Below are positions 40,968 to 54,336 of a stretch of DNA of 64,000 nt, piece by piece (positions within the stretch are counted from its first letter, which is position 1; every line of letters begins with the position of its first letter). The notes under the pieces are model-generated. The model saw only the letters and a list, made by a program, of their open reading frames with translations, was not told where the DNA came from and made no database searches. The position numbers were made by a program, and so were the translations under genes. The stretch comes from Eledone cirrhosa (lineage: Eukaryota), in contig OZ024740.1 of NCBI GenBank assembly GCA_964016885.1, forward strand, positions 410,130,001-410,194,000. The letters are read 5' to 3'.

Positions 40968-41290
40968 ATAAATGAAAAATTAGAAATAGAAGCCAGGAAT
41001 ATCCGTCATCAGTGGTCTACGAGCCATCATAGGTATTTCTTCGCATTAAATACCATATACCTCAAGCTAGGGCGATGCAATAACTAAATTAAGTTATTGG
41101 GATAAAAAGAGTTGGGTGGAGAAAGAGAGACAGGTAAACAAACACGAATGGTGAGGCAACGTAAAGAGAGGAAAATGCGAAGAAATAGCTATGATGGCTA
41201 GTAGACCACTGATGACGGATATTCCTGGCTTCTATTTCTAATTCTTCATTTATTATATATATCCTATTTGCAACAACACAGCTCGCCATT

Positions 41291-41297
<7 letters not shown>
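40968..41297. mobile_element. Inverted pair of family C pLTR-like fragments between (TA)n
   Basis: 40968-41048 is approximately the reverse complement of 41174-41253. Confidence 0.7.
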
Positions 41298-41344
<47 letters not shown>

Positions 41345-41346
<2 letters not shown>

Positions 41347-42310
41347 GGGACAGCAAGCAGCAAACAGCCACAGGAAACAAGTACCACCAATCTCTGGGAG
41401 GGCTCTGGAGAAACAGTAGACAACTTCTGCTACCTAGGTGACCGAATTAGCAGCGGAGGTGGGTGTTCAGAAAGTACAATAACTAGGGTAAGAACGGGAT
41501 GGAAGAAGTTTAGGGAACTACTACCACTGCTAGCTGCAAAAGGCTTCTCCCTCAAAATGAAAGGCAGACTGTATGATGCGTGTATCCGAACAGCGATGTT
41601 GCATGGTAGTGAGACCTGGGCGCTGAAGGTGGAAGACTTACGTAGATTAGAGAGAAACGAAGCCTGCATGCTCCGATGGATGTGTAATAGTAATATACGC
41701 GAACGACAAAGCATAAATGAATTGAGAGAGAGACTGAGCATAAGAGGAATCAAATGCTGTGTGCAGGAGAGGCGGTTGCGCTGGTATGGACATGTGATGC
41801 GTATGAAGGATGACAGCTGCATAAAAAGGTGCAGAGCACTAGAAGTCGATGGAAACCGCGGAGTGGGGAGACCCAAGATGACCTGGGATGAGGTGATAAA
41901 AGCCGACCTTACCCAATTACACCTCTCAAAGGCGATGACACACGACCGTGACCTCTGGCGTCACGCAGTAATACAGAGTACCCGACCTCCCATGGGTAAA
42001 AGCTGAAGCATATAGACAATATGCCCCCACACCCACCGCCGCAAGGTGGTTGTGCAGATGCCACGGCAAAAAAGCACCCAGCCCACACTGTAAAGTGGAC
42101 GTGCAGGCGCCACGAAAAAGCACCCAGCACTCACTGTAAATGAGGTTGGTGTTAGGAAGGGCATCCAGCTGTAGAAATCAAGCCAAATCAGTTCCTGTAT
42201 GAGCAAGGCATGGTCAGCCCACCAGACACTGCCCACAACAGGACAACCCGTCTAACCCATGGTAGCGTGGAAGAACGGACGTAAAACGGTGATGATGATG
42301 ATGATGATGA

Positions 42311-42312
<2 letters not shown>
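41345..42312 (+). mobile_element. RTE LINE 3' fragment with 3' UTR and (GAT)n tail
   Basis: FCYLG, MLHGSETW, RRLRWYGH, RGVGRPK, DRDLWR; ORF 41557-42006. Confidence 0.92.
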
Positions 42313-42358
<46 letters not shown>

Positions 42359-42403
42359 TTAGAACACTGGTAGAAGTAGTAACACAACAGTTAGTTCACC
42401 ATA

Positions 42404-42444
42404 CCGAGAACAATTGTTTCACCTTATGCGGATCTTCAGCTCGG
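42404..42444 (-). ncRNA. Type I hammerhead ribozyme (family D)
   Basis: ccgag-CTGAAGA-tcc gcataa ggt-GAAA-caattg-TT-ctcgg. Confidence 0.85.
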
Positions 42445-42511
42445 ACTAATATATATATATACATATATATCACACACAAACTCACATACACACACAGGTA
42501 CACACACACGT

Positions 42512-43150
42512 GATCAACTTGAGAGGAATATTTCAAGGAGATTCCTTCTAAGTATTGCTCTTTGTGATTCCGTTATTAATAGAATTAAGGGATACAGATA
42601 TTGATTATGATTATGGAAAATAGAGGACCTAAGATCAATCATCTACTTTTCATGGTGGATCTGAAGCTCATTGTCAGGAATGAATCTCAGGTTGACTCAC
42701 TGGTCAAAACTGTCCACTGGTGTTGCAGGGATATTAGGATGGAGTTTGTTATTGCAAAGTGTGCAACCTTGGCTATGAAGAGAGGTAGGCCTGTAGATAG
42801 TGGTGGAATTGAGTTACCTGATGGAAAGTCGATTGATTATTCTGAGGATATTAGGTACAAATACCTGGGCGGTGAATTGGCAGTATCGGTAGAGAGTCGG
42901 ACGCCATGCTTTGCAGCATAGTTACGTCCCTTTACGATCTGAGTTCAAATCCCGCCGATGTTAACTTTGACTTTCATCCTTACGGGTTCGATAAAATAAA
43001 GTACCAGTAATGTACTGGGTAATTGATGGCCTTGTGCCAAAAGTAGAACAAATTATTAAATAGAGTGCGGCTATTTTAAATTGGACCAAAGAAGAATAGA
43101 GAAGAAAATTGTTGAAAATGGTGCATTGCACTCAAAGGCAAATGTCATCA
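42512..43150 (+). mobile_element. R4/Dong-like LINE RT remnants interrupted by a SINE
   Basis: RGIFQGDS, KINHLLFMVDLKL, MEFVIAKCA, YKYLG; SAAILNWTKEE after the SINE. Confidence 0.7.
42868..43057 (+). mobile_element. tRNA-derived SINE, main family
   Basis: A/B boxes and family 3' end. Confidence 0.88.
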
Positions 43151-43979
43151 GATGCTCCAAGACCAACTCATAGAGGAAGAGAAGAGAGAGAGAGAGAGAG
43201 AGCATCCCTAACGGACCAAGCATTTGATATTGAAGGTTTGTGATAGGTGTCCGGCTAGCATAACCACCGAAAAGATGTCGCTGTAGAATGTAACAATCCA
43301 GTTCTAAAACAGCCAGAAACCAGCTGCTCTTAGGATAGCTTCTTCCTATATATACTCAACTGGAAAAAATGAGTTGTACATGACATTCAATGGGCCTACC
43401 TTGTCACACCTTATGTCATACTGAATCTCCATGAGAATTCGTTAACGGTATACTATACGTGTCTGAATGCTCAGTCACTTGCACGTTAATTTCACGATCG
43501 GGGCTGTTCCGGTGATCAAATCAACTGGAACACTCGACGTGGGGTCCAACGGTGGTCGCACACACACACACACACACGCACACTCACACACACATACACA
43601 CACTCACACACACACACACACTTTCTCTCGCTCACACACACACACATATTTAACCATGGCTGAAATTTTAGTTTTTGAAAACATCGCATTGAAATGAGGA
43701 ATATTTTTGTTGCAGACCTAGGTAGGAATTCACCTTATACACACGACATAGCTCTAGAGATAAGTGCTAAGGAGAAATGACGTGATGCGAGTAGTTTGGA
43801 AACACAAACGTCATGTCAGTATAGATTAGTATTGCAATTATACAGAAAGTTGATTCTTCGTGACAGTAATAGTTCCCTGTCACAATCACCTTTTTCAGGA
43901 AACAATTTATGCGCTTAGATGAGAATAGGACTCCATAAATATTGAATATTGAATTTGTTTTATTGATGTATGGTAAAGA

Positions 43980-44037
<58 letters not shown>

Positions 44038-44056
44038 GCTGCTGGTGCTGCTTCTG

Positions 44057-44114
<58 letters not shown>

Positions 44115-44136
44115 GCTTCTGCTGCTGTTGCTGCTG

Positions 44137-44183
<47 letters not shown>

Positions 44184-44205
44184 GCTTCTGCTGCTGTTGC
44201 TGCTG

Positions 44206-44267
<62 letters not shown>

Positions 44268-44286
44268 GCTTCTGCTGCTGTTGCTG

Positions 44287-44366
<80 letters not shown>
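43980..44366. repeat. (CTA)n/(CTG)n compound microsatellite
   Basis: Direct reading; repeated GCTTCTGCTGCTGTTGCTGCT interruptions. Confidence 0.97.
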
Positions 44367-44367
<1 letters not shown>

Positions 44368-44497
44368 ACATTATGTTTTTCTGCAAGATTTTCTTGCACT
44401 ACAAAGTGAACTTCCATATTCCCGAAATACGTGCTTCGTGTATATATACATACATACATACATACATACATACATACATACATACATACGCACACAC

Positions 44498-44590
<93 letters not shown>

Positions 44591-44749
44591 ATTAGTATAT
44601 TTACCAACATATGCGTACAGATGTACACTAATGCTAGCAAATACATAAGTTATGTCATAGTACCTAGGTGGTTCAATGCAGGAGGATGCAGAACAATTAT
44701 ATGAAAGACGTAAAATAAGAAAATTAAAAATTAACTTACTAAAATTTTC

Positions 44750-44831
44750 ACTCCAACTAATTAGTTTCTGTAATGGGATAAAGATAGTTACGCAATGTAA
44801 CCATCGAGAATTCATTACGTCATCAGGGAGT
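44750..44831 (-). ncRNA. Type I hammerhead ribozyme
   Basis: actcc-CTGATGA-cgtaatg..cattaca-GAAA-ctaattag-TT-ggagt. Confidence 0.8.
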
Positions 44832-45194
44832 CTATTCTCAGCTAAGTCTCCAGGCAATGCGCGGACACTAGGGACTCATATAAAAATAATAATTCGGTGG
44901 ATGGAACAGCTAGCGGGGACTGAATTCCATAGCACTGAAAAAGTCTACTGTCTCTGGTCAAATGGCAGATTCTAAAGAATCAATCACGTGACACTGAGGC
45001 TAGTCAGAAGGAGTGGGATGGTATAATGACAAAAGCTTACTACCACTACATGAATTAGTAGTGGATTTGGCAAGTTTGCTCAACAAATAAATAATTTGGA
45101 GATAAATATAGAGAATTTGGAGATAAATATAGAGAATTATTTTTATATGAGTCCCTAGTGTCCGCGCATTGCCTGGAGACTTAGCTGAGAATAG

Positions 45195-45276
45195 ACTCCC
45201 TGATGACGCAATGAATTCTCGATGGTTACATTGCGTAACTATCGTTATCCCATTACAGAAACTAATTAGTTGGAGT
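45195..45276 (+). ncRNA. Type I hammerhead ribozyme
   Basis: Same motif on the + strand. Confidence 0.8.
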
Positions 45277-45731
45277 GAAAATTTTAGTAAGTAAGTTAAT
45301 TTTTAATTTTTTAAATTTTCTTATTTTACGTCTTTCATATAATTGTTCTGCATCCTCCTGCATTGAACCACCTAGGTACTATAACATAACTTATGTATTT
45401 GCTAGCATTAGTGTACATCTGTACGCATATGTTGGTAAATATACTAATTCTCTATATTTATCTCCAAATTATTTATTTGTTGAGCAAACTTGCCAAATCC
45501 ACTACTATTTTATCGTAGTGGTAGTAGGCTTTTGTCATTATACCATCCACTCCTTCTGACTAGCCTCAGTGTCACGTGATTGATTCTTTAGAATCTGCCA
45601 TTTGACCAGAGACAGTGAACTTTTTCAGTGCTATGGAATTCAGTCCCCGCTAGCTGTTCCATCCACCGAATTATTATTTTTATATGAGTCCCTAGTGTCC
45701 GCGCATTGCCTGGAGACTTAGCTGAGAATAG

Positions 45732-45813
45732 ACTCCCTGATGACGTAATGAATTCTCGATGGTTACATTGCGTAACTATCTTTATCCCATTACAGAAACT
45801 AATTAGTTGGAGT
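45732..45813 (+). ncRNA. Type I hammerhead ribozyme
   Basis: Same motif, 537 bp downstream. Confidence 0.8.
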
Positions 45814-45869
45814 GAAAATTTTAGTAAGTAAGTTAATTTTTAATTTTTTAAATTTTCTTATTTTACGTC

Positions 45870-45949
<80 letters not shown>

Positions 45950-45996
45950 AGTGTCACGCCTTAACCAGTTTTGCTCAATAAGCCAACGAATTAGAA

Positions 45997-46189
45997 ATAA
46001 TTGTTTCTACTTTTGGCACAAGGCCAACAAATACCCAGTACATTACTGGTACTTTATTTCATCGACCCCGTAAGGATGAAAGGCAAAGTCAACCTCGGCG
46101 GGATTTGAACTCAGAATGGCAAGGGCTGTAACTCTATGCGTCAAAGCATGGTGTCCGATCCTCTACCGAAACTGCCAATCCACCGCCTT
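45997..46189 (-). mobile_element. tRNA-derived SINE, main family
   Basis: A/B boxes on the minus strand. Confidence 0.88.
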
Positions 46190-46259
46190 CAGATTTATAA
46201 TTGATACACACACACACACACATACACACATACACACACACATATACACATACACACAC

Positions 46260-46305
<46 letters not shown>

Positions 46306-46306
<1 letters not shown>

Positions 46307-46442
46307 ACAAAGAAGGTGTCGTAAGATACCAGGTGGACCATAACACACCAGAGTACTCAATAGTTATGGTAGTAGAGAGGGTAAAAGGAAAAGAGTCACG
46401 ACTCCGACGACTGAGCTCCGGCCGTTTCGACAGCTAGATCCG

Positions 46443-46443
<1 letters not shown>
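46306..46443 (-). mobile_element. Family A pLTR-like fragment
   Basis: CCAGGTGGACCATAAC..GAGTACTCAATA shared with 5761-5882 and, inverted, with 17063-17141. Confidence 0.65.
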
Positions 46444-46540
<97 letters not shown>

Positions 46541-46669
46541 AATATATATGGAAATTATAAATTCACACATATTTATATGCCCCCTCCCCCAACAATTATA
46601 TTTGTCTCCCCAAACTACCAAAACACTCACCTATTTGTATATGTGCTACAATTTATGTACATATTATAT

Positions 46670-47150
46670 AGAGACAGATGGGAGATAAATATATAGATAT
46701 AGAGAGGGGGAGAGTTTAGTGTTAATTGATATAGAGGGGGGTTGGAGGTTGGGAAAGTGTGTTGTATGGTTGATGTAGAGAGAGGGAGAGTTTGGTGGTA
46801 ATAAATAGAGTGAGAGGATTGATAGATATAGAGAGGAGGAGAGTTCGGTAGTGATGGATAGCTTGAGAGGGAATGAGAGAGAGGGTTGTATGGTAGATAT
46901 AGAGAGGGGGATAGTTTTGTGGCAATTGATATAGAGAGGGGGAGATGGGAGAGTATGTTGTATGGTTGATGTAGAGAGGGGGAGAGTTTGGTGGTAATAA
47001 ATAGAGTGAGAGGATTGATAGATATAGAGAGGGGGAGAGTTTGGTGGTAATTGATATAGAGAGGGGGAGATGGGAGAGAGTTCTGTGTAGTAAATATAGA
47101 GAGGGAGAGAGTTTGTTCTTAATAGATATATAGATGGGGATTGGAAGAGA
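46670..47150. repeat. Purine-rich degenerate tandem repeat
   Basis: Recurring GATATAGAGAGGGGGAGA; ~200 bp higher-order duplication. Confidence 0.7.
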
Positions 47151-47661
47151 GTTCCGTCTTGGGAAATCAGTAGTTATATAGTGTACGTTTGTAAATATGG
47201 GATTTCTTGTAATGTTCTTCTTTTGTCATATATAATGTGTTTTTTAAAGTAAAATAAAATAGTTATTAGATTCTCCAGCTGCTGTATTAATATGAATCAC
47301 TTACAATAAAATTTCACCAGAGATAGATTAGCAAAATTTAATAAGCGGGTGTGGGGTGGGTTGGAAAAATCTGACAATTTAATAAGCGGGTGGGGACGAT
47401 TATTCAAGACCTGAGTGTACGTGAATTATTGACGGACTTAAGAATGAAAACTCAATACCGAAGTAGAGTTTAAATATTCATTTATTATGGCTAATCCTTG
47501 TTACTCTGGAGTTTCACCTGCGTACTCACCAGACAAGACTAGTGATCCTGTGAGTGCGCAGGTGAAATTTTAGAGTAACAAAGCTCACCAATAGTCATAA
47601 GAAGATCGCGTTAAGGCGATTCTTTGCTTAAACTTTAATCTGTTATTTTAATACACACACA

Positions 47662-47785
<124 letters not shown>

Positions 47786-47945
47786 AAGGATAAAATATCG
47801 TTATAGGTAATCCAATTAGAGGTTGTGAATACTTCTTATTATGCATAGTTTTAGCGTACGGCGTTGCTTGACTCAACAAGAGGTTTACGTAGATGACGAG
47901 TTTATGATTTCACCTGTATTCCTCTGTAAGTTTATCTTGGAGTAA

Positions 47946-49730
47946 TAAAATTGAAAAAGTGGAGAATAACATGGTCAACAGTACAAAAAATAATATTAAT
48001 AGCACCATCCACACCTATAGAAACAACAAACAAAGGACTATACATAAAATTGGCAACAAGCACGTAAATGAAAGGAACAGAATACTAATACAAAGACCAC
48101 TAATAATTATAGAAGATTCAGAAATAGAAACTACTTATGGTTCAATCCCGTGTTTAACTCCTCTATAAAAACTAAGATACCTTACACTTTCTTCAAATTA
48201 GTTGACAAACATTTCCCTAAAATTCATAAATATCATAAAATCTTTAATAGAAAAACTATCATACTCCACTGCCAACAACATAGATCGCACATACATAAAA
48301 TTAACTATAAAAGAATTTATAATACAAGTGGCCCGCAAATAAATACGATAACACCTAATACAAAACATAAGCATATAACATCATCACAACCAAACACACG
48401 TCAGAGCACATCACTACAATACATCAACAAACCCAATTCTCAGCCCATACATAGCAACCTACAAAACCATATAGATAACCGGCGCATAGAAAAGCATCTT
48501 AGTATACCTATGTACTATAAATTCAGGTAGCTTAGCATGGCATTACATTGGTTCCACAGCTGGGGAGTTTAAGAAAAGGTGGTACGTACATAGACACTCG
48601 ATGACTAACAGGAATCTCTCAAAGACAGCGACACTCGCCAATAAAATCTGGCAACTCAAATATGCAAACATGGAATATAAAATCAGCTGGACAAAGCTAT
48701 TAAAAGCAAAGGCCTATCAAATTGGTATGTCCCACTGTAGTTTCTACAGAGACTACAGTGGGACATATGGAACTTTTCCAAATTTTAAATTACAACAAAA
48801 TTCTTCTTAATAGTAACATTGAAAACACTTTTTTTGTCGATATAAATCGGCGACTAAATTTGAGAACTTTAGACCAGCTTAATTCCATCTTATCTATTCC
48901 ATAACCCAGATTGTACCACTTGGATCTATTATGATATCACATTATCAACATCATCATCATTATAATTATAATTATAATTGTCATCATCTATCAAGGAACA
49001 ACATCAAAACCTCTTATATATACATTCTTATTTTATTTTATATATCTCTATTTTTCACTCTTTATCTTTATATTTCTCTCCCTAAATTTATTTCATCTCT
49101 GTCATTTTATTTTATCATATAATATAACTTAAAACTAATTAATTCATTTTTTTATTAAAATAACCAATACACACACAAATATATTTAACATTATCATATT
49201 TCCACCATTTTTTTCATATATTTTTTATATATCTATTTTTATTTTTATTTACATTTATTCATGTATTAACGTTTATTCATTTATTTGCCCCTCTATTCTT
49301 CTTTCTATCATACGTTATTTTTACTTATGTTTGTCTCTCCTCTATCTACCGTCATCTTCTATATATCTTCCTCTCTTTATATTTCTATCTATAATAATTT
49401 CTCCTTTTCTTCTTCTTTCTCTTTTTCTTTTTCCTTCTTCTTCTTTCTCCTTCCTTTCCTTTCTTTCTTTACTGTCTTCCTCTTTTTCTCTCTATATCTT
49501 TATTATTAATATTATTATTGATGATGTAATTTGAATTTGTAAATTTGTCAGTTACATATATATATTTTTAACAGTTTCTGAAGATCTAATAGAATTAACA
49601 TCGTATTTAAAATTGAGTGGCACTGCTTTTAGTGTTCAGCAATTTTTAGACGACTCTATCAGTGAAATAATTGTTAAACTGCAAATAAATCCGCTTTTTT
49701 GTACTGTTGACCATGTTATTCTCCACCTTT

Positions 49731-49741
<11 letters not shown>
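47946..49741 (+). mobile_element. Decayed Hydra-like PLE 3' half with 5' inverted pLTR tip
   Basis: FFKLVDKHFPKIHKYHKIFNRKT, WHYIGST, TATLANKIW; 47946-47990 is inverted relative to 49696-49740. Confidence 0.82.
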
Positions 49742-49819
<78 letters not shown>

Positions 49820-49906
49820 GGAGAATTTGAACAGGAACAAAACAGAGAGGCAGTACAACGAATGTTTATTAATTTCACGCTCTGGAGAGTGGGGTGGTGG
49901 TGGGGA

Positions 49907-49938
49907 ACGATGTTTCGGGCATAAGCCCTTCCTCAGGT
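49907..49938 (-). ncRNA. Minimal hammerhead motif in 3' pLTR
   Basis: CTGAGGA-agggc ttat gccc-GAAA-ca-TC; stem I only 2 bp. Confidence 0.5.
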
Positions 49939-51439
49939 GAGAAGTGTGGGGGAAGAGAGTTCAAAGGGTGTGTAGGGGAGTGGTGGAGAGACATATAGCG
50001 AAAAGTGGGTGGGAGGAAACGGTGCGAATGAAATTAAAAATAAAAATAAAAATAAAAATAAAAATAAAGCATGATCAAAATAAAATGAAATGAAATAAAA
50101 ATAAATATAAAAGCATGATCAAAATAAACTGAAATTAAAAAGGGGTAAAACAGGTGGTGGAAGGGTGTGGGGTGTGTAGGGGTGGTGGCGGGTGGAGTGG
50201 GGAGAGGGAGACGGGGTGTCCGAGCAGCGGGGAGGGCTGAAGGTGGTGTGTGTGTGTACGTGTACGTGTGTGTGTGTGTATGTGAAAGCAAGGGTTGGGG
50301 GAAGAACGGGGTTGCATGTTCAGGAAGAGGTGTGTGTGGGGTGGGGTGTAGGTCGGAGTGTCTGTGCGTGTGTGGATAGAGGGGTGGGGGGAGAGGAATC
50401 CGGAGGCTGAGGGTGGAAATATGTGGTGGAAAGCACGTGTGTGTGGGGTTTAAGCGTGTTGTGGGTGTAGGTGGCGTGTGGGAGAAAAAACATTTTTTGG
50501 GGTTTTGTGTGGGTGAGTTATATAGGTGATTCCGTAAGAGGATGTGGTTGAAATGTTGGTAAACTCCTATGATGTTAGTAGATTCCAAGGTGGTGAAGTT
50601 CCACATACGAGTATTCCATGAAGAGATGGTCGGAAGAGGAGAGATGTGGGGTGTGCACGCAGCAGGAAGTGGTCAAGGCGGTGGGAGTGCTGTGTGTCTG
50701 TTTGTGCTGGGAGGTGGTCAGAGGGCATAGCAGCAGTCGGGTGGAATGGTAAAGGGGCGAGGATGGGTAGGTGTGAAAGTTGGAGTGTGGAGGGTATGTG
50801 TGTGTATTAGTAGAGGTGTTAGTGGGATGAGTGAGTGTGGAGAAAGGGTGTGGGTGGAGCGGGGAGAGAAGGGTGTGGGGGTCGATGGAGGAAGTGTGGT
50901 GTACTGGTGTGTGTGTAGTTTGACGAAGGGGGTGTTAGTGGGTGTTAGTATACGGGAGGTGGGAAAGGGTTGAATGCAGGTGTGAGTGGGGGTTAGTGGT
51001 GGTAGGGTGTGTAGAGTTTGTGGTGTACGAGGGTGTGTGGGTACGTGTGCGTGGGGTTCGGGGGTGTTAGTGATGTTAGTTGCGTGTGGGGTGGGTGGTG
51101 TAAGTAGGTGCGTGTGTTCGTGTGCTTGGGGTCAGGGGGTGTTAGTGATGTTAGTTGCGGGGTGGTGGGATGGAGGTGTGGGGGTGAGGGTTAGTGGTGG
51201 TAGTAGGGTGTGTGTTTAGTGTGAGCGCGTGTATATATGTGCCGGTGGGTGTGTGCGTGTGATAAGGAGGGGGGAGGAGAAGAAGGGAGGGATGTTAGTA
51301 TGTTAGTTGGGGAAGTGTGGTCGGATGAGGGGTGGAGTGGAGGTGTTAGTATTGTTAGTTGTGGGGTGGGCGTTGAAAAGGAGGGGTGTGTTAGTGGTGT
51401 TAGTGGGGGATATGTGTGGGGGGAGGGGGGCGGTCGAAG

Positions 51440-53791
51440 GCTAAAGGAATAAGGGTGGGGAGTTCAGACCGGGGGGAGTGTGGGTCTGTAAGATAAAGAT
51501 GGTTCTTTGTTCGACTCTAAGGAGATTGGCGGGTGTTCCGTGGCATTGGAGGAGGCCACAGACTGTGAGATGGCGTGCGGAATCTCCAGGGGCACCAAAG
51601 TGGCGGGCGATGGGGATCTACCACCGAGACGAATATCCCGGAGGTGCTCGGTGAATCGGTCCGCCAGGCGACGTCCCGTCTGTCCGACGTAAGTTGCGCT
51701 GCACACCGTGCAGCGAAGTCCGTAGACTAGGTTGGAGGAGGTGCAGCGGAAGGCATGCCGGACAAAGAGAGAGTGGCCGTTGGGACCCTGGAAGGTGGTG
51801 GTTTTGGTGATGTGGGGACAGGTGTTGCAGCGGGGCCTAGAACAGGGAAAGGAACCGGGGGGGGGGGCGTGGATTGGGGGTAGGGAGCTGTGGACGAGGA
51901 GGGTGCGGAGATTGCGTGCGCATTTGAAGGAGGGGAGTGGTGGGGTTGGGAAGATGTGGGAGGTGGAGGGGTCGGACTGGAGGCGTCGGAAGAGGCGGCC
52001 AATGGTGCGGTGGAGGGGTAAGGTGGAGGGGTGGTAGGTGATGGGGAAGGGGAGACGGTGGGTGGGTGTGCGGTGGCGTGGGGTGAGGGTGGTGGAGCGG
52101 TGGACAGCACAGGCGCGGGTGAGAGCGGTGTGGACGAGAGAGGGGGGGGGGGGGTAACCTCTGTGGATGAAATGGCTGACTAGGGAAAGGGCCTGGGACT
52201 CGAAGTCAGCATCTCGGCTACAGAGGCGGCGGATCCTGAGGAGTTGGGAGTAGGGAATGGAGTGTTTAGTGTGGGTGGGGTGGGAAGAGGTGAAATTAAG
52301 AGTGGGAGTCGGTGGGTTTGAAGAAGGCGGAGGTGACGAGGGAGTGGTGGGAGGGGTCGAAGGCGACGGAGATGTCTAAGAAGTGGACGTGGGTGGTGGA
52401 GATAGAGGTGGTGAAGTGGAGGGAGGGGTGGAAGGAGCAGAAGAAGGAGAGAAAGGAGTCGAGCTGTTCTCGAGTGAGGGTCGTGGCTCCGATACAGTCG
52501 TCAATGTAACGACCGTACAGTTCGGGCGTGGGGCCGGTGTACTGGGCAAAGATTTGGGCCTCAACATGGCCAACAAAAAGGTTGGCATAGTTCGGGCCCA
52601 TTCTTGTACCCATGGCTACCCCCGTGGCCTGTTGGTAAAACTCACCCGAGAAGGAGAAACAATTGAGGGTGAGGACCAGCTCGGCGAGGCGAAGGAGGGT
52701 GGGGGTGGAGGGAATGGGGAAGGGGCGAAGGTCGAGGTAGTGTTTGAGGGCGCGTAGGCCGTCGGTGTGGGGGATGACGGTATAGAGGGACTTGATGTCT
52801 AGGGTGAAGAGGAAGGGCTGTGGGCCGGGTGGGTAGGTGAAGGAGTCGAAAAGGCGCAGGGCGTGGTTGGTGTCGGAGATGTGGGAAGGGAGGGTGGTGA
52901 CAAGGGGGGCGAGGATGGAGTCGAGAAAGGCGGAGATGAGTTCGGTGGGACAGTTGCAAGCGGAGACGATGGCGCGGCCGGGGCTGTCGAGTTTGTGGAG
53001 TTTGAGGAGGAAGTAGATGGTGGGGGTGCGGGGGGTGCGCACGATGAGGTGGGAAGCGGTGGTGGGGGGAGGGAGGAGGAGACAAGGTCTTGGATGGTAG
53101 AGGGGTGTGGGATCGGAGGGTGGAGGGCGGTAGAAGAGGGGGTTACAGAGCTGCCTGAGGGCTTGGCCGTGTAGAGGTCCGCGCGCCACACCACCACGGC
53201 GCCTCCCTTGTCCGCCGGTTTGATGACCATGTAATCTCGGCTACGGAGGGAGCGGAGAGCGAGGAGTTTCGCCCCGTGAGATATTGTACCGTTTGGAACA
53301 GTGGCGGAAGTCGAAACGATTTACTGCGCTACGGCTGGCATCGACGAAGGCGTCCAGGGTGCTAAATTTCCCTGGGGCCGGCGTCCAAGAAGATGGTCGT
53401 CGGCCCAGGGCGAGAAACGAGTCTGGGGCGTCCGGAGCCGGTGGCGTTCGGCCGAAATGTGCCTGGAGCTTCGTTTGGGTGCGGAACTCGTCGCTGTGCG
53501 GAGTGTGGGGTATGAAGCGAAGGCCTCTACTATGGAGTGAGCACTAAGGTGCGGAGAGGGGGAGGTCAGGGGTATGGTGACAACAAGTGTGGGGGGGGGG
53601 GGGGTGATGGGGATAAGGTAGAGGCGGAGGCAGTGGCTGAGGAAATGGATGTGGCTGGAGTGCCGGGTTTTGGCGAAGAGAACGTAGGAGAGTTGAAGGG
53701 CAGAGGGGAGATAGCAGGGTGGGAGGAGGTGGGTGAGGAAAAGTTTGAGGAGATTATGTAGTTGGTGGAGAAAGGATTTCAGGCTGGGCAT
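51440..53791 (-). pseudogene. PLE RT + GIY-YIG (Neptune-like), frameshifted
   Basis: VIKPADKGGAVVVW, TIYFLLKLHK..PGRAIVS, TLDIKSLYT, GVAMGTRMGPNYANLF, RYIDD, CSATYVGQTGRRLADRFTEH. Confidence 0.9.
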
Positions 53792-54304
53792 GGTGGGCGT
53801 TGGGTGAAAGCAGGGGGAGGGATGAGAGAGCAGGTGTGTGAAGCGGGATGGAGTGAACGAAGGAGTGAGTGCGAAGGATAGGCAGAGACGGGGAAGGGAA
53901 AATGAAACAGAAAAACGTAAGGAGGGGAGAGTATACACAGGAAAATTAAAGACAAAAAATCATAAAGGTAAAAACACAGGCAATCGTGAACAAAAAATCA
54001 TAGAAATAAAATTGTAAGAACACAGGCAAAGAATCATATACGGAAATAAACAAGTACAGTAACAAAATCAAACAAAGGTATTGCGTGGAAGGAAAGACCA
54101 AGTGTGGGAAGGTGTGTAAAGTTCGGAGAATGGTCACGGCGGATTAGATCGGGGTTGAGCCGGTAGTTAAGTTATGTTCCAAAGGAATGGAAGCCGTGTG
54201 AGCGTGTATTATATATAATGGAAAATTTGAACAGGAACAAAACAGAGAGGCAGTACAACGAATGTTTATTAATTTCACGCTCTGGAGTGGGGTGGTGGTG
54301 GGGA

Positions 54305-54336
54305 ACGACGTTTCGGGCATAAGCCCTTCCTCAGGT
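54305..54336 (-). ncRNA. Minimal hammerhead motif in 5' pLTR
   Basis: CTGAGGA-agggc ttat gccc-GAAA-cg-TC. Confidence 0.55.

Larger units (their letters stand above)
44585..45877. mobile_element. Retrozyme-like multimer 1: ~530 bp HHR unit, one inverted monomer plus ~1.4 tandem copies
   Basis: Minus monomer 44585-45117; plus copies 45134-45668 and 45669-45877 (period 537); microsatellite flanks. Confidence 0.75.

Noticed and set aside
44676-44975. 99-aa ORF in the HHR unit (also 62867-63061)
   Set aside because: No recognisable motif; the first is antisense to the ribozyme and disrupted by indels in sister copies.
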